Part shown: positions 1 to 9,128 of the stretch, in pieces | Layout of the letters: every line of letters starts with the position of its first letter | How positions within the stretch are numbered: the stretch's first letter is position 1 | Assembly (NCBI GenBank): GCA_009877105.1 | Contig: WXFD01000019.1 | Span: 9,355 to 73,354, forward strand | Direction of reading: 5' to 3' | Length of the DNA stretch: 64,000 nt | Source: Bacteroidales bacterium | GTDB taxonomy: Bacteria > Bacteroidota > Bacteroidia > Bacteroidales > VadinHA17 | The notes under the pieces: generated by a model | Databases searched by the model: none | What the model was told of the DNA's origin: nothing | Seen by the model: the letters and a program-made list of their open reading frames with translations, nothing else | Translations under genes and position numbers: made by a program

Positions 1-3000
1 TCAGCTGCAGTGATATAGGATCACCGGTGCCTGTAACGCTGACGAGTACAGACGGCTCCGGGAATTCGTCTTCCTGTGTGGCACAGGTAACTGTCCTTGA
101 CACAATAGCCCCGAAAGTGTTTGTTAAAAGTTACGATCTTGTACTTGATGCTGCAGGGAATGGAATTCTCCTACCGGAAAATGTAGATAACGGATCTTTT
201 GACAATTGCGGGTCAGTCAGCCTTTCAGTATTTCCTGACACCTTTACCTGTAGTGATCTGGGTCCGCACACTGTTACCCTCACTGCAACTGATCAGTATG
301 GCAACACAGCTTCGGAAACGGTCCGCATTACGGTCTCATCCACGCTGAAGATCAAAGGAATTTCCCTGAACAGCTGCGACTTGGCTCCGCCATTTTCTCT
401 TTTTCAGGCCGATATTGAGGGAGGCGACCAAAACTATTCCTATTTCTGGAAGGGACTTAATGAAACCAGGAAACCTTTTATGATAATAATATACCCGTCG
501 TGGTTCTTTACTTTCAACTCAAGCACCGATCCCACCCCCATGCTTAACTCCAACCTGGATGACGGACTGTATGATATTGAGCTTGTTGTCACTGACGGTC
601 ATGGATGTGTTGACACGGCAGATATTTCAATAAATTGGACCCGTCCGGACTTCAATAATGTTACAAATCTGAAATCCGAAGCTTGCGAGGGTGAGATCAG
701 GGATTATCATGTAAAATATCACCCGGATGCAACATATTCTTGGACGGTGGTTAACGGCACAATCCTGACTGCCGACCAGGATACTAGTGCAATTACAGTC
801 AGATGGGAAATGGGAGTTCCTTCCGGAACCGTTACGGCAAGACTGGCTTTGCATAATGATGAGTTTCCGGGCGGAGAATGCGAGGCCTCTATAATTGAGA
901 ACGTTACAATCATTCCGGTGCCGGTGCCGGTGTTTGCCGGACCGGCTGTCAGTGTATGTTCCGATTCGGAGCATACATATACCCTATCGGATGTCTACAG
1001 CTATTACACCTGGACCGTTACAGGCGGGATGATCACTGGCGGAGGAACACATTCAGATAATTATGTAACTGTAAGGTGGGGAAGCGGACCTGCAGGAACC
1101 ATTCTTGTCACCGCAGGCAATGCCCTGTCATGCAGCGGTTCCGTGTCTCTCAGCGTGTCTGTAAATGAACTCAGGGGAACTTTGGTACAATCCACAAATG
1201 TGACCTGCAACGGTTATTCCGATGGAACCGCCACCGCGCAGGCAACTCCGGGTACAGGAGTTGGCCCGTATGAATACGCCCTTGACGGAGGAGCATGGCA
1301 GTCATCCGGTTCTTTCAATTCCCTCCCAGCCGGAAACCATACCATAACGATAAAAGATGCAGCTTCCTGTATTTATATACTTTCTTTCACCATAGGCCAG
1401 CCGTCTCCGATTTACGGTTCAGTAACGGCCCTTTCGGATGTAAGCTGCAACGGAGGGTCGGACGGATCGGCCACTATTACTGCGACTGGAGGCGTGCCGC
1501 CTTATCAGTACAGTCTAAATGGCGGTGCTTTTCAGGGATCCAATGTATTCGTAAACCTTGTTGCAGGTTCATATACTGTATCCATTAGGGATAATAACGG
1601 ATGCACCGGGACAGTGTCGTTCACAATTACCCAGCCTCTGATCATGCTTGCAGGTACAATTGCAGTTACCGACGTAAAATGCTACGGTGAGGCAACCGGA
1701 GAAGCCAGCCTCAGTGTTTCAGGCGGAGCACCTCCGTATACTTTCCTGTGGAATAACGGTCAGACAACTCAGAATGCCACAAATCTTGCTGCCGGAAATT
1801 ATTCGGTTGTTATCACTGATTCCAGAAACTGTATGATAACCGTGAATGCATCCGTTTCACAGCCCGATGAAGCAGTGTCTGCCACAGCTTCGGTCGTTAA
1901 TGCAGCATGCTTCGGGGAATCCAGCGGAAGCATTGACCTGACACCTTCAGGCGGTGTGCCGCCATATAGCTACCTCTGGAGCAACGGCAGCACAACACAG
2001 GATATAGCCAGCCTTGCAGCCGGAACTTACACTGTAACCATAACTGATTCGAACGGTTGTATTGCCGATTATACTGCAACCGTAACGCAGCCCGACTCTC
2101 CGGTTGGAGGTACTGTTATTTCGCAAACAACTGTTTCATGCAAGGACGGAAATGATGCAACGGTAACCATTTCAGGGAACGGCGGAACACCTCCTTATTC
2201 CTATAGTATCGACGGAGGCTCATTTCAATCTTCAGGTGCATTTGCCGGGCTTGCAGCCGGGACCCATACGGCAATGGTCAGGGATATTAATATGTGTACT
2301 TATAATTTTACGGTTACCGTTACTGAACCGGCAGCGTCTCTTTCAGGAATTATTGTATCGCAGACTGATGTCGGCTGCTTTGGTGCAAGGACCGGGAGTG
2401 TCAGGGTGCAGGGGACGGGAGGAACATCTCCTTACAATTATTCCATTGATGGAGGAACGTTCCGATCTTCAGGGCAGTTTACCGGCCTGGGAGCCGGAAC
2501 CCATACAATTGTTATAAGGGATTCAAGGTTGTGTCTTTACACATTAATTGTTACGGTGAATCAGCCTGCCAATCCCCTGAGTGTTTCAGCAACGAAGACA
2601 GATGTGATATGCAGGGGAGCATCGACGGGAAGCGCAACAGCTGTTGCGGCCGGGGGTACTGCCCCATATACATACTCATGGAACACAACCCCGGTACAGA
2701 CCGGACCAATAGCTTCCGGGCTCACTGCGGGTACATACACCGTATCAGTTGTTGATCAGAACGGGTGCAGGACCTCAGCAACAGTATCAATCCTTCAACC
2801 TGCCACCGAGCTGACCATATCATCCGATGTTACAAATGCTGACTGTTTCGGAAACTCAACAGGCGCTATAAATCTGACAATTTCCAATGCTGCCGACCCG
2901 GTAACCTTTATCTGGAACACAGGAGCGACCAGTCAGAACCTGAGCGGCATCCCCGCAGGTACATATACTGTTCTTGTGAAAGATTCCAATGGATGCAGTA

Positions 3001-4694
3001 AAAGTGCTGCAATCACGGTAGACCAGCCTGCATTGCTTTCAGCCACCATCCAGGTAACAAATGTAAGCTGCCTGGGCGGCAGTAATGGATCAGCCAACCT
3101 TACTGTGACCGGAGGGACACCGCCCTACAGCTTCCTCTGGAGCAACGGTCATACAACTGAGGATCTGTCCGGTCTTGCTGCAGGGAATTACCTGGTAAAA
3201 GTCAGGGACTCAAGAGACTGTGAGGTTACTTCGACCTGCGTGGTGACCCAGCCGGCAACGGCCCTTGAAGGAACAATTGTTTCCCAATCAGATGTTACCG
3301 TATATGGAGGTAACAACGGAAGCATAACTGTAGCCGGCTCGGGCGGAACACCGCCTTATTCCTATCGTATCAACGGAGGCTCTTTTCAATCCTCAGGTGC
3401 ATTTGTCGGGCTTGCAGCCGGAAGCTATGTTGTAACAGTGCGCGATGCAGGGCTTTGTACCTTCGAAATCAACGTGACAATCAATCAGCCTGCACTGCCA
3501 CTCACGGCAACTGTTGCTGAAACAGATGTGCTTTGCAATGGTGAGGAATCAGGCTCAGTCACAGTAGCCGGATTGGGAGGAAGTCCACCCTATGAGTATT
3601 CAATCGACGGAGTTAATTTCCAACAATCCGGCAGCTTTAACTACCTGCGAGCAGGCTCTTATACAATAACTGTCAGGGATGCCCTGATGGCAACTGTTGA
3701 TCTCGCGGTTGATATCTCCCAGCCGGAACCTATTACATTGTCATTCACGACTGTAAATGTACGATGCAGGAATGAAGCTTCAGGCAGTGCGACTGTTATT
3801 GCTACAGGTGGAACAAGTCCCTATTTCTATTCGTGGGACACGGATCCCGTGCAAACATCAGCTACTGCTACGGGATTAACAGACGGAACCTACAGAGTGT
3901 CCGTTACAGATATCAATGGTTGCAATACTATGGAGAGTGTTGTAATAATCCAGCCAAATTACGAACTCTCGGTTGAAGTAAGTGCGCAGAACGTACTTTG
4001 TACCGGCGGGGAATCAGGCAGAGCCATTGCAACTGTCTTCGGCGGAACTGGACCCTATTCCTATTACTGGAACAGCGTTCCCGAACAAATTTCTGCGGAG
4101 GCAACCGGACTGACGGCAGGAACCTACACTGTTACAATCACCGATATCAACGGATGCACAGTTACGGGTACTGCAGAAATCATGGAACCATCTCCCTTGA
4201 CAATCAGCTACTCCACTAATCCGGCTTCCTGTCCGGATTCCCAGGATGGAGCGATAAGCCTTACCGTGGAGGGAGGAACCGGTCCGTATTATTTCCTGTG
4301 GTCAGATGGGGCAACAACACAAAACAGAATAAATATGCCGCCCGGGACCTTTACAGTTATCGTAACCGATCAAAATTCATGCTCCAGAATGCTGGAGGCT
4401 GAAATTCATTTTACCGGATCATTTGCCTGTATAGAGATTCCCAATATCATTACTCCTAATAATGACGGATTTAACGACACCTGGATAATAAAGAATATCG
4501 GCCTGTATCCTGATGCAGAGATACTGGTGTATAACAGGTGGGGCAAGCTTGTTTTCAGAACAAAAAATATTGCTGAAAATCCCTGGGATGGGCGATCGAA
4601 CGGGAAACCGGTTCCGGCAGATTCATATCATTACATATTGTATCTGAACGATGGATCCGCACCAAAATCGGGAGTAATAAGCGTTATTAGGTAA
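1..4694 (+). CDS. Giant T9SS-secreted cell-surface adhesin (SprB-repeat protein with type-B gliding-motility C-terminal sorting domain); 5' end runs off the window
   Basis: The reading frame is open from nt 3 up to the listed GTG at 27, so the gene starts upstream of the window. It has N-terminal HYR/PKD-like Ig modules, then 14 tandem ~75-78 aa units with the SprB-repeat signature (C-x-G-x3-G ... GG-x-PPY-x-Y/W). The terminal segment IPNIITPNNDGFNDTW...YNRWGKLVF is typical of T9SS type B CTDs. Confidence 0.85.
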   Translation, partial: SCSDIGSPVPVTLTSTDGSGNSSSCVAQVTVLDTIAPKVFVKSYDLVLDAAGNGILLPENVDNGSFDNCGSVSLSVFPDTFTCSDLGPHTVTLTATDQYGNTASETVRITVSSTLKIKGISLNSCDLAPPFSLFQADIEGGDQNYSYFWKGLNETRKPFMIIIYPSWFFTFNSSTDPTPMLNSNLDDGLYDIELVVTDGHGCVDTADISINWTRPDFNNVTNLKSEACEGEIRDYHVKYHPDATYSWTVVNGTILTADQDTSAITVRWEMGVPSGTVTARLALHNDEFPGGECEASIIENVTIIPVPVPVFAGPAVSVCSDSEHTYTLSDVYSYYTWTVTGGMITGGGTHSDNYVTVRWGSGPAGTILVTAGNALSCSGSVSLSVSVNELRGTLVQSTNVTCNGYSDGTATAQATPGTGVGPYEYALDGGAWQSSGSFNSLPAGNHTITIKDAASCIYILSFTIGQPSPIYGSVTALSDVSCNGGSDGSATITATGGVPPYQYSLNGGAFQGSNVFVNLVAGSYTVSIRDNNGCTGTVSFTITQPLIMLAGTIAVTDVKCYGEATGEASLSVSGGAPPYTFLWNNGQTTQNATNLAAGNYSVVITDSRNCMITVNASVSQPDEAVSATASVVNAACFGESSGSIDLTPSGGVPPYSYLWSNGSTTQDIASLAAGTYTVTITDSNGCIADYTATVTQPDSPVGGTVISQTTVSCKDGNDATVTISGNGGTPPYSYSIDGGSFQSSGAFAGLAAGTHTAMVRDINMCTYNFTVTVTEPAASLSGIIVSQTDVGCFGARTGSVRVQGTGGTSPYNYSIDGGTFRSSGQFTGLGAGTHTIVIRDSRLCLYTLIVTVNQPANPLSVSATKTDVICRGASTGSATAVAAGGTAPYTYSWNTTPVQTGPIASGLTAGTYTVSVVDQNGCRTSATVSILQPATELTISSDVTNADCFGNSTGAINLTISNAADPVTFIWNTGATSQNLSGIPAGTYTVLVKDSNGCSKSAAITVDQPALLSATIQVTNVSCLGGSNGSANLTVTGGTPPYSFLWSNGHTTEDLSGLAAGNYLVKVRDSRDCEVTSTCVVTQPATALEGTIVSQSDVTVYGGNNGSITVAGSGGTPPYSYRINGGSFQSSGAFVGLAAGSYVVTVRDAGLCTFEINVTINQPALPLTATVAETDVLCNGEESGSVTVAGLGGSPPYEYSIDGVNFQQSGSFNYLRAGSYTITVRDALMATVDLAVDISQPEPITLSFTTVNVRCRNEASGSATVIATGGTSPYFYSWDTDPVQTSATATGLTDGTYRVSVTDINGCNTMESVVIIQPNYELSVEVSAQNVLCTGGESGRAIATVFGGTGPYSYYWNSVPEQISAEATGLTAGTYTVTITDINGCTVTGTAEIMEPSPLTISYSTNPASCPDSQDGAISLTVEGGTGPYYFLWSDGATTQNRINMPPGTFTVIVTDQNSCSRMLEAEIHFTGSFACIEIPNIITPNNDGFNDTWIIKNIGLYPDAEILVYNRWGKLVFRTKNIAENPWDGRSNGKPVPADSYHYILYLNDGSAPKSGVISVIR
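1170..4410 (+). repeat. Intragenic array of 14 tandem SprB-type coding repeats (~225-235 nt period)
   Basis: The peptide pattern recurs 14 times: (V/Q)(T/S)(D/N)V-x-C-x-G-x2-(T/D/N)G-x-(A/I) ... GG-x-(P)PY-x-(Y/F) ... AG-x-Y-x-V-x-(V/I)-x-D. One unit pair is 74/80 nt identical (2181..2260 vs 3342..3421). Confidence 0.8.
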
Positions 4695-4705
4695 ATCAGT
4701 AATTA

Positions 4706-5725
4706 ATGAAGAAACAGAAAAATATGGTCCGTTTCAGCAAAATAATCCCTGTCCTTTTTCTTGTGCTTGTGCCTGTTGTCACTGATGCTCAGCAGATGCC
4801 GATGTATAGCCAGTACATCATGAATGGATTCCTGGTGAATCCTTCTTTTGCCGGACATGACGGGTCAACTTCCCTGAACCTGACAGTCAGGGAGCAGTGG
4901 GTTGGCCTGAAAGACGCCCCAAGTACCTATGCGCTGAGTTTTCAGACCCGTCTTTTAAAGGACAGCTATATCTCAAAATCCACTACAGTAAAGAAAAAGC
5001 TGATCCGCCCCACCAGGGGCGGCCAGGTCGGACTCGGGGGATACCTTTTCAACGACCAGAATGGAATAATGAGACGGACCGGCCTGCAGGCCGCATATTC
5101 GTACATGATACCATTTGGTGAAAACGAAAATGAACTGAGAAAGAACCTTGCTTTCGGGCTGAGCCTGGTGGCATATCAGTATACGACCAATCTGAACGAC
5201 CAGATCTATGACCCGGACGATCCCCTCCTGAACAGTTACGACAGGTCCGTATTCATCCCTGACTTTAATTTCGGCGTAAATTATACAACTCATAATTATT
5301 TTGTTGGATTCTCCATGACAAACCTGTTGAGAGGATCGGTAATGTTCGGAAATTCATCGGGTCTTAAACATTCAGAGCTGGGTCATTATTACCTGACGGG
5401 AGGCATAAAGGTGCCCCTTGCACCCAACTGGATACTTGAACCGTCCGCATTCATCAAATCGTCAGATATGTTCTTCAGGGCGATTCAGCTCGATCTCACA
5501 ACAAGGGTTTACTACAAGAATGATTATTGGGCAGGATTATCATACCGGACAAATGACGCAGTAATAATGATGTTCGGCTTGAGATACGACCGATTCTTTT
5601 TTGCCTACGCCTTTGACTTTACGCTGACTGATATACGGAAACAGAGTTTCGGCACGCATGAACTGACACTCGCCGTTAAGTTTGGCATAAATGCGAGGAG
5701 ATATCGTTGGATAAATGCATACTGA
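4706..5725 (+). CDS. PorP/SprF-family type IX secretion system membrane protein
   Basis: 339 aa with a signal peptide followed by QQMPMYSQYIMNGFLVNPSFAG, the family N-terminal motif. Beta-barrel-like C-terminus ending in aromatic residues. It starts 11 nt downstream of a type-B CTD cargo gene, which is the canonical pairing. Confidence 0.85.
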   Translation: MKKQKNMVRFSKIIPVLFLVLVPVVTDAQQMPMYSQYIMNGFLVNPSFAGHDGSTSLNLTVREQWVGLKDAPSTYALSFQTRLLKDSYISKSTTVKKKLIRPTRGGQVGLGGYLFNDQNGIMRRTGLQAAYSYMIPFGENENELRKNLAFGLSLVAYQYTTNLNDQIYDPDDPLLNSYDRSVFIPDFNFGVNYTTHNYFVGFSMTNLLRGSVMFGNSSGLKHSELGHYYLTGGIKVPLAPNWILEPSAFIKSSDMFFRAIQLDLTTRVYYKNDYWAGLSYRTNDAVIMMFGLRYDRFFFAYAFDFTLTDIRKQSFGTHELTLAVKFGINARRYRWINAY

Positions 5726-5735
5726 CATATAAGCT

Positions 5736-6770
5736 TTGCGAACCGCTGCCTGCACTCTCGTGCTGATTGTAAATTGCACCCTGACCGCATATCCGCAGGA
5801 AAATGCTGTAAATGTTCCTGTGAGGATATTGTTTTACAATGTGGAAAACCTGTTTGACACATACGATGATATTGCAGGGAAGGATGAAGAATTTCTTCCG
5901 GACGGAACCAGAAGATGGACTAGGAAGAGGTATGAAAACAAAATAAATTCAATTTACAAAACCCTCATGGCTGCCGGCAGCTGGTCACCACCGGCTGTTG
6001 TCGGATTATGTGAGGTGGAAAACCGGCGGGTCCTTGAAGATCTCGTTCACGGCACCTACCTTTCAAGATTTGATTATGACATCGTTCATGAAGATTCGGA
6101 CGATGAAAGGGGCATTGATGTTTGTATGATTTTCAGGCCGGATCAGGCCAGATTACTAAGCTATAGATACCTGAAACCGTACTCCGTCAGCGGGGAGGCT
6201 TTACGGACAAGAAGCGTGCTTTACGCTAAGCTGCTGGTTCTCGGGGATACTCTCCATCTATTGATCAACCACTGGCCTTCAAGGAGGGGAGGTGTCCTGA
6301 CCGGGGAATCATCCCGGTCACGGATTGCTTTGATGATCAGACACGTTACTGATTCACTGGGCAGTATCTCATGCGGTAAAGCCCGGGTTTTAATCATGGG
6401 CGATTTTAATTGCCCTCCGGACGATCATATAATGCAAAGTCTTGCCGGCCAATCTCAGGGAAAGGCAAATGAGAACGGCCTGTCTCTTGTGAATCTTGCT
6501 GTAAAAGCCGGGAAATCAGTTAAAGGAACATATAAATACAGGGGGGCTTGGGAAACAATTGACCAGATGCTGGCATCGGATCATTTATTGGGATGCAGTA
6601 AAGGTTTGGCCGCGGACTCCCTTGGATTTAAAGTGTTCAGTCCTGAATTCCTGTTGTGCAATGATGAAAAATATACCGGTTCAGCACCTTTTTCAACATA
6701 CAGGGGCTACCGGTATCAGGGAGGAATAAGCGATCACCTGCCAGTATTTCTAGATCTGTTCCTGCGATGA
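5736..6770 (+). CDS. Endonuclease/exonuclease/phosphatase (EEP) family protein
   Basis: Motifs LFYNVENLFD near the N-terminus, INHWPSRRGG, MGDFNC and SDHLPV are typical of the EEP fold. The start is TTG at 5736 or GTG at 5760, with no in-frame ATG nearby. Confidence 0.7.
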   Translation: MRTAACTLVLIVNCTLTAYPQENAVNVPVRILFYNVENLFDTYDDIAGKDEEFLPDGTRRWTRKRYENKINSIYKTLMAAGSWSPPAVVGLCEVENRRVLEDLVHGTYLSRFDYDIVHEDSDDERGIDVCMIFRPDQARLLSYRYLKPYSVSGEALRTRSVLYAKLLVLGDTLHLLINHWPSRRGGVLTGESSRSRIALMIRHVTDSLGSISCGKARVLIMGDFNCPPDDHIMQSLAGQSQGKANENGLSLVNLAVKAGKSVKGTYKYRGAWETIDQMLASDHLLGCSKGLAADSLGFKVFSPEFLLCNDEKYTGSAPFSTYRGYRYQGGISDHLPVFLDLFLR

Positions 6771-8186
6771 TTCATCTGCAGGAGTCAGTCCCAGCTCCCT
6801 GCCTTTCCTGAGCATGAGCTCTCTTGCTGCACCATGCTCGTTTGGGATTATACCATCGAGAATTGCCTCCCTGATGGTGTTCTTGATAATACCAATTTCT
6901 TTTCCAGGCTTTATTCCAAAGGTTCTGATAATCTCATTTCCATCCACAGGTGGCTGGAATTTCCTGAGAGCATCCTTCGCCTCAATTTCAACAAGCTTGC
7001 TTCTTACCAATTTGAAATTTTCAAGATGCCTCTTTTTTGTAACTTCATTTTTGGAAGTAATATCAGCTTCACAAAGCAGCATCAGGTCATCAATATCATC
7101 ACCAGCCTCAAAAAGAAGCCTCCTGACAGCTGAATCAGTCACTGTCTCCTGCGATAAAACCATCGGGCGGAGGTGAAGATCGACAAGTTTCTGAACATAT
7201 TTCATCTTCTCGTTTAGTGGAAGCTTGAACCTCTTAAAAATGCCGGGTATCATTTTGCTTCCTATATATTCATGACCATGAAATGACCAGCCGGTTTCGG
7301 GGGTATATTTTTTTGTCTGGGGCTTGGCAATATCGTGCAGCAATGCTGCCCATCGGAGCCATAAATTATCCGTCTTACTGCTGATGTTGTCAAGCACCTT
7401 GACGGAATGCAGAAAGTTGTCCTTGTGTGCCTTCCCTTCCTTTTTCTCAACTCCCTTCAGATTGTCAAGTTCCGGAAAAATCAGTTTCAGAAGGCCGGTC
7501 TTCTCAAGCAGGACAAACCCTTTCGACGGATGATCGCTCATGATTATCCTGTTAAATTCCCCGGCAATCCTTTCGGCCGATACAATATTTATTCTTTCTG
7601 CATTTTTCGCTATCGACTTCAGAGTTACAGGATCTATTGTGAAATTGAGCTGTGCGGCAAACCTTACGGCCCTCATCATCCGAAGAGGATCGTCGGAGAA
7701 AGTGACATCAGGGTCAAGCGGAGTCCGGATAATTTTGTTTTTCAAGTCATTTATACCTCCGAACGGATCGGAAAATTCACCGAATGTCTCCCTGTTTATG
7801 CTTATTGCCAGAGCATTTATTGTAAAATCCCTCCTTTTCTGATCATCTTCGATTGTCCCGGCTTCCACCACCGGCTTTCTTGAGTCGCGGCTATAGGATT
7901 CCTTTCTTGCACCAACAAATTCAATATCAAAATCATTATAGCGGAACATCGCTGTTCCAAAATTCCTGAAAACGCTTACCCTGATCCCCGGCCCGAGCTT
8001 CCTCGCAGATTTCCTGGCTGATTCTATTCCATCTCCCAGAACCACTATGTCCACATCCCTTGCCCCATGCTCCCTTTTAAGAAGGCAGTCCCTTACATAA
8101 CCGCCTGTGACCCATGCTTTAATATTTTCTGATGAAACTGCTTCGGAGAGAGCGGAAATAATTTTGTCATTTAGACATATGTTCAT
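6750..8186 (-). CDS. tRNA nucleotidyltransferase (CCA-adding)/poly(A) polymerase family protein with C-terminal HD domain
   Basis: Motifs GGYVRDCLL...DVDIVV (nucleotidyltransferase head), RRDFTINAL and LLHDIAKP (HD). The listed start at 8201 is TTG. I prefer the ATG at 8186 (MNICLND), which lies downstream of the TAACTTTG box at 8220..8227. Confidence 0.8.
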   Translation of the reverse strand: MNICLNDKIISALSEAVSSENIKAWVTGGYVRDCLLKREHGARDVDIVVLGDGIESARKSARKLGPGIRVSVFRNFGTAMFRYNDFDIEFVGARKESYSRDSRKPVVEAGTIEDDQKRRDFTINALAISINRETFGEFSDPFGGINDLKNKIIRTPLDPDVTFSDDPLRMMRAVRFAAQLNFTIDPVTLKSIAKNAERINIVSAERIAGEFNRIIMSDHPSKGFVLLEKTGLLKLIFPELDNLKGVEKKEGKAHKDNFLHSVKVLDNISSKTDNLWLRWAALLHDIAKPQTKKYTPETGWSFHGHEYIGSKMIPGIFKRFKLPLNEKMKYVQKLVDLHLRPMVLSQETVTDSAVRRLLFEAGDDIDDLMLLCEADITSKNEVTKKRHLENFKLVRSKLVEIEAKDALRKFQPPVDGNEIIRTFGIKPGKEIGIIKNTIREAILDGIIPNEHGAARELMLRKGRELGLTPADESSQEQI

Positions 8187-8219
8187 ATATAAATATGACA
8201 ATTTAATAAATATTCATGA

Positions 8220-8227
8220 CAAAGTTA
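8220..8227 (-). promoter_or_regulatory. Bacteroidota -7 promoter box (TAACTTTG on minus strand) upstream of the nucleotidyltransferase gene
   Basis: Perfect match to TAnnTTTG, 19-34 nt upstream of the candidate start codons. The motif alone is expected by chance several times per strand in 64 kb, so only its position supports the call. Confidence 0.4.
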
Positions 8228-8336
8228 CAATTTATAGGCAATTATCAGTAAATTGACAAAGTATTGACCGGGTGGCACAATGATTGAAGAGGGTAAAACA
8301 GATTTGATTTTACGATGTTATAATTTAACTTAGGAT

Positions 8337-8696
8337 ATGGTAGAGCATTTGACAAAAGAATCATTTTTAAGCAAGGTGTTTAATTATGAAACCAATAAGG
8401 AATGGAAGTTTGAAGGCGAACGGCCATGCATAATTGATTTTTATGCCGACTGGTGCGGACCATGCAAAATGGTGGCACCCATTCTTGAAGAATTGTCCAG
8501 GGAGTATGATGGCAAGGTTGACATATTTAAGGTCGACACGGAGGCTGAACAGGAACTGGCTGCAGTTTTCGGAATCAGAAGCATTCCTTCGATCCTTTTT
8601 GTCCCGGCTGAAGGACAACCGCAGATGGCAATGGGCGCGCTGCCAAAGGACACTTTCATTAAAGCTTTTAAGGATGTCCTGGGCGTTGAAAAATGA
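8337..8696 (+). CDS. Thioredoxin
   Basis: 119 aa with the WCGPCK active site and the thioredoxin-fold pattern (IIDFYADWCGPCKMVAPILEEL ... IRSIPSILF). Confidence 0.9.
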   Translation: MVEHLTKESFLSKVFNYETNKEWKFEGERPCIIDFYADWCGPCKMVAPILEELSREYDGKVDIFKVDTEAEQELAAVFGIRSIPSILFVPAEGQPQMAMGALPKDTFIKAFKDVLGVEK

Positions 8697-8792
8697 ATTG
8701 TTGATAAATAACTCCGATTTTGTTTAAAAATATTATCAGAAAAATGTAACAATCCACATACATCCTGCGTTATATAACCGAAACAGAAGGTA

Positions 8793-8817
8793 GTAACCTC
8801 TCGGTTACATTTTTTTC
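8793..8817 (+). terminator. Intrinsic terminator candidate after thioredoxin gene
   Basis: GTAACC-tctc-GGTTAC hairpin, with an alternative longer stem AACCGA/TCGGTT, followed by ATTTTTTT. Confidence 0.55.
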
Positions 8818-8847
8818 ATGGATTTAGGTTTAGGGTAGTAAGGTAGT

Positions 8848-8879
8848 AAATCAGGACTTCGGTCCTGATTTATTTTTAT
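8848..8879. terminator. 10-bp perfect hairpin (AAATCAGGAC-ttcg-GTCCTGATTT) plus T-run between convergent trx and xseB
   Basis: Perfect stem read directly. The T-run ATTTTTAT follows on the plus strand and overlaps the xseB stop codon. It could act bidirectionally. Confidence 0.45.
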
Positions 8880-9073
8880 CCCATTTCCTTGAAAATTGAA
8901 TTAATTTCATCTTCTGTGGATTTCAGCTTTTTCTGACATTCCCTTATCAGCTCGGAAGCTTTTTTTACTTCGGCAGACAGAATATCTACGTCCAGGCTTC
9001 CGCTTTCAATATTGCGAAGTATTTTTTCAATTTCCTTAACTGCTTCGCTGAACGAAAACTCCTTTTTTGCCAT
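8876..9073 (-). CDS. xseB: Exodeoxyribonuclease VII small subunit
   Basis: 65 aa with a helical-hairpin pattern (FSEAVKEIEKILRNIESGSLDVD...ELIRECQKKLKSTEDEI), located directly downstream of xseA. Confidence 0.85.
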   Translation of the reverse strand: MAKKEFSFSEAVKEIEKILRNIESGSLDVDILSAEVKKASELIRECQKKLKSTEDEINSIFKEMG

Positions 9074-9128
9074 ATTCAGTTATTTTGAAAATTCATGTTT
9101 TTTCGATTTGTGTCTTACAAGTTCCGTG

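Noticed and set aside
1170-4410. Strong ~230-nt periodicity that could be mistaken for a repeat array or CRISPR
   Set aside because: The periodicity lies within one continuous open reading frame and reflects protein-domain repeats. There are no short identical repeats separated by unique spacers.
8822-8850. Direct repeat ggtagtaaggtagtaa between two terminator-like hairpins as a possible small RNA
   Set aside because: It is very short, with no promoter box or conserved structure recognisable. It is most simply spacer sequence between the convergent trx and xseB terminators.
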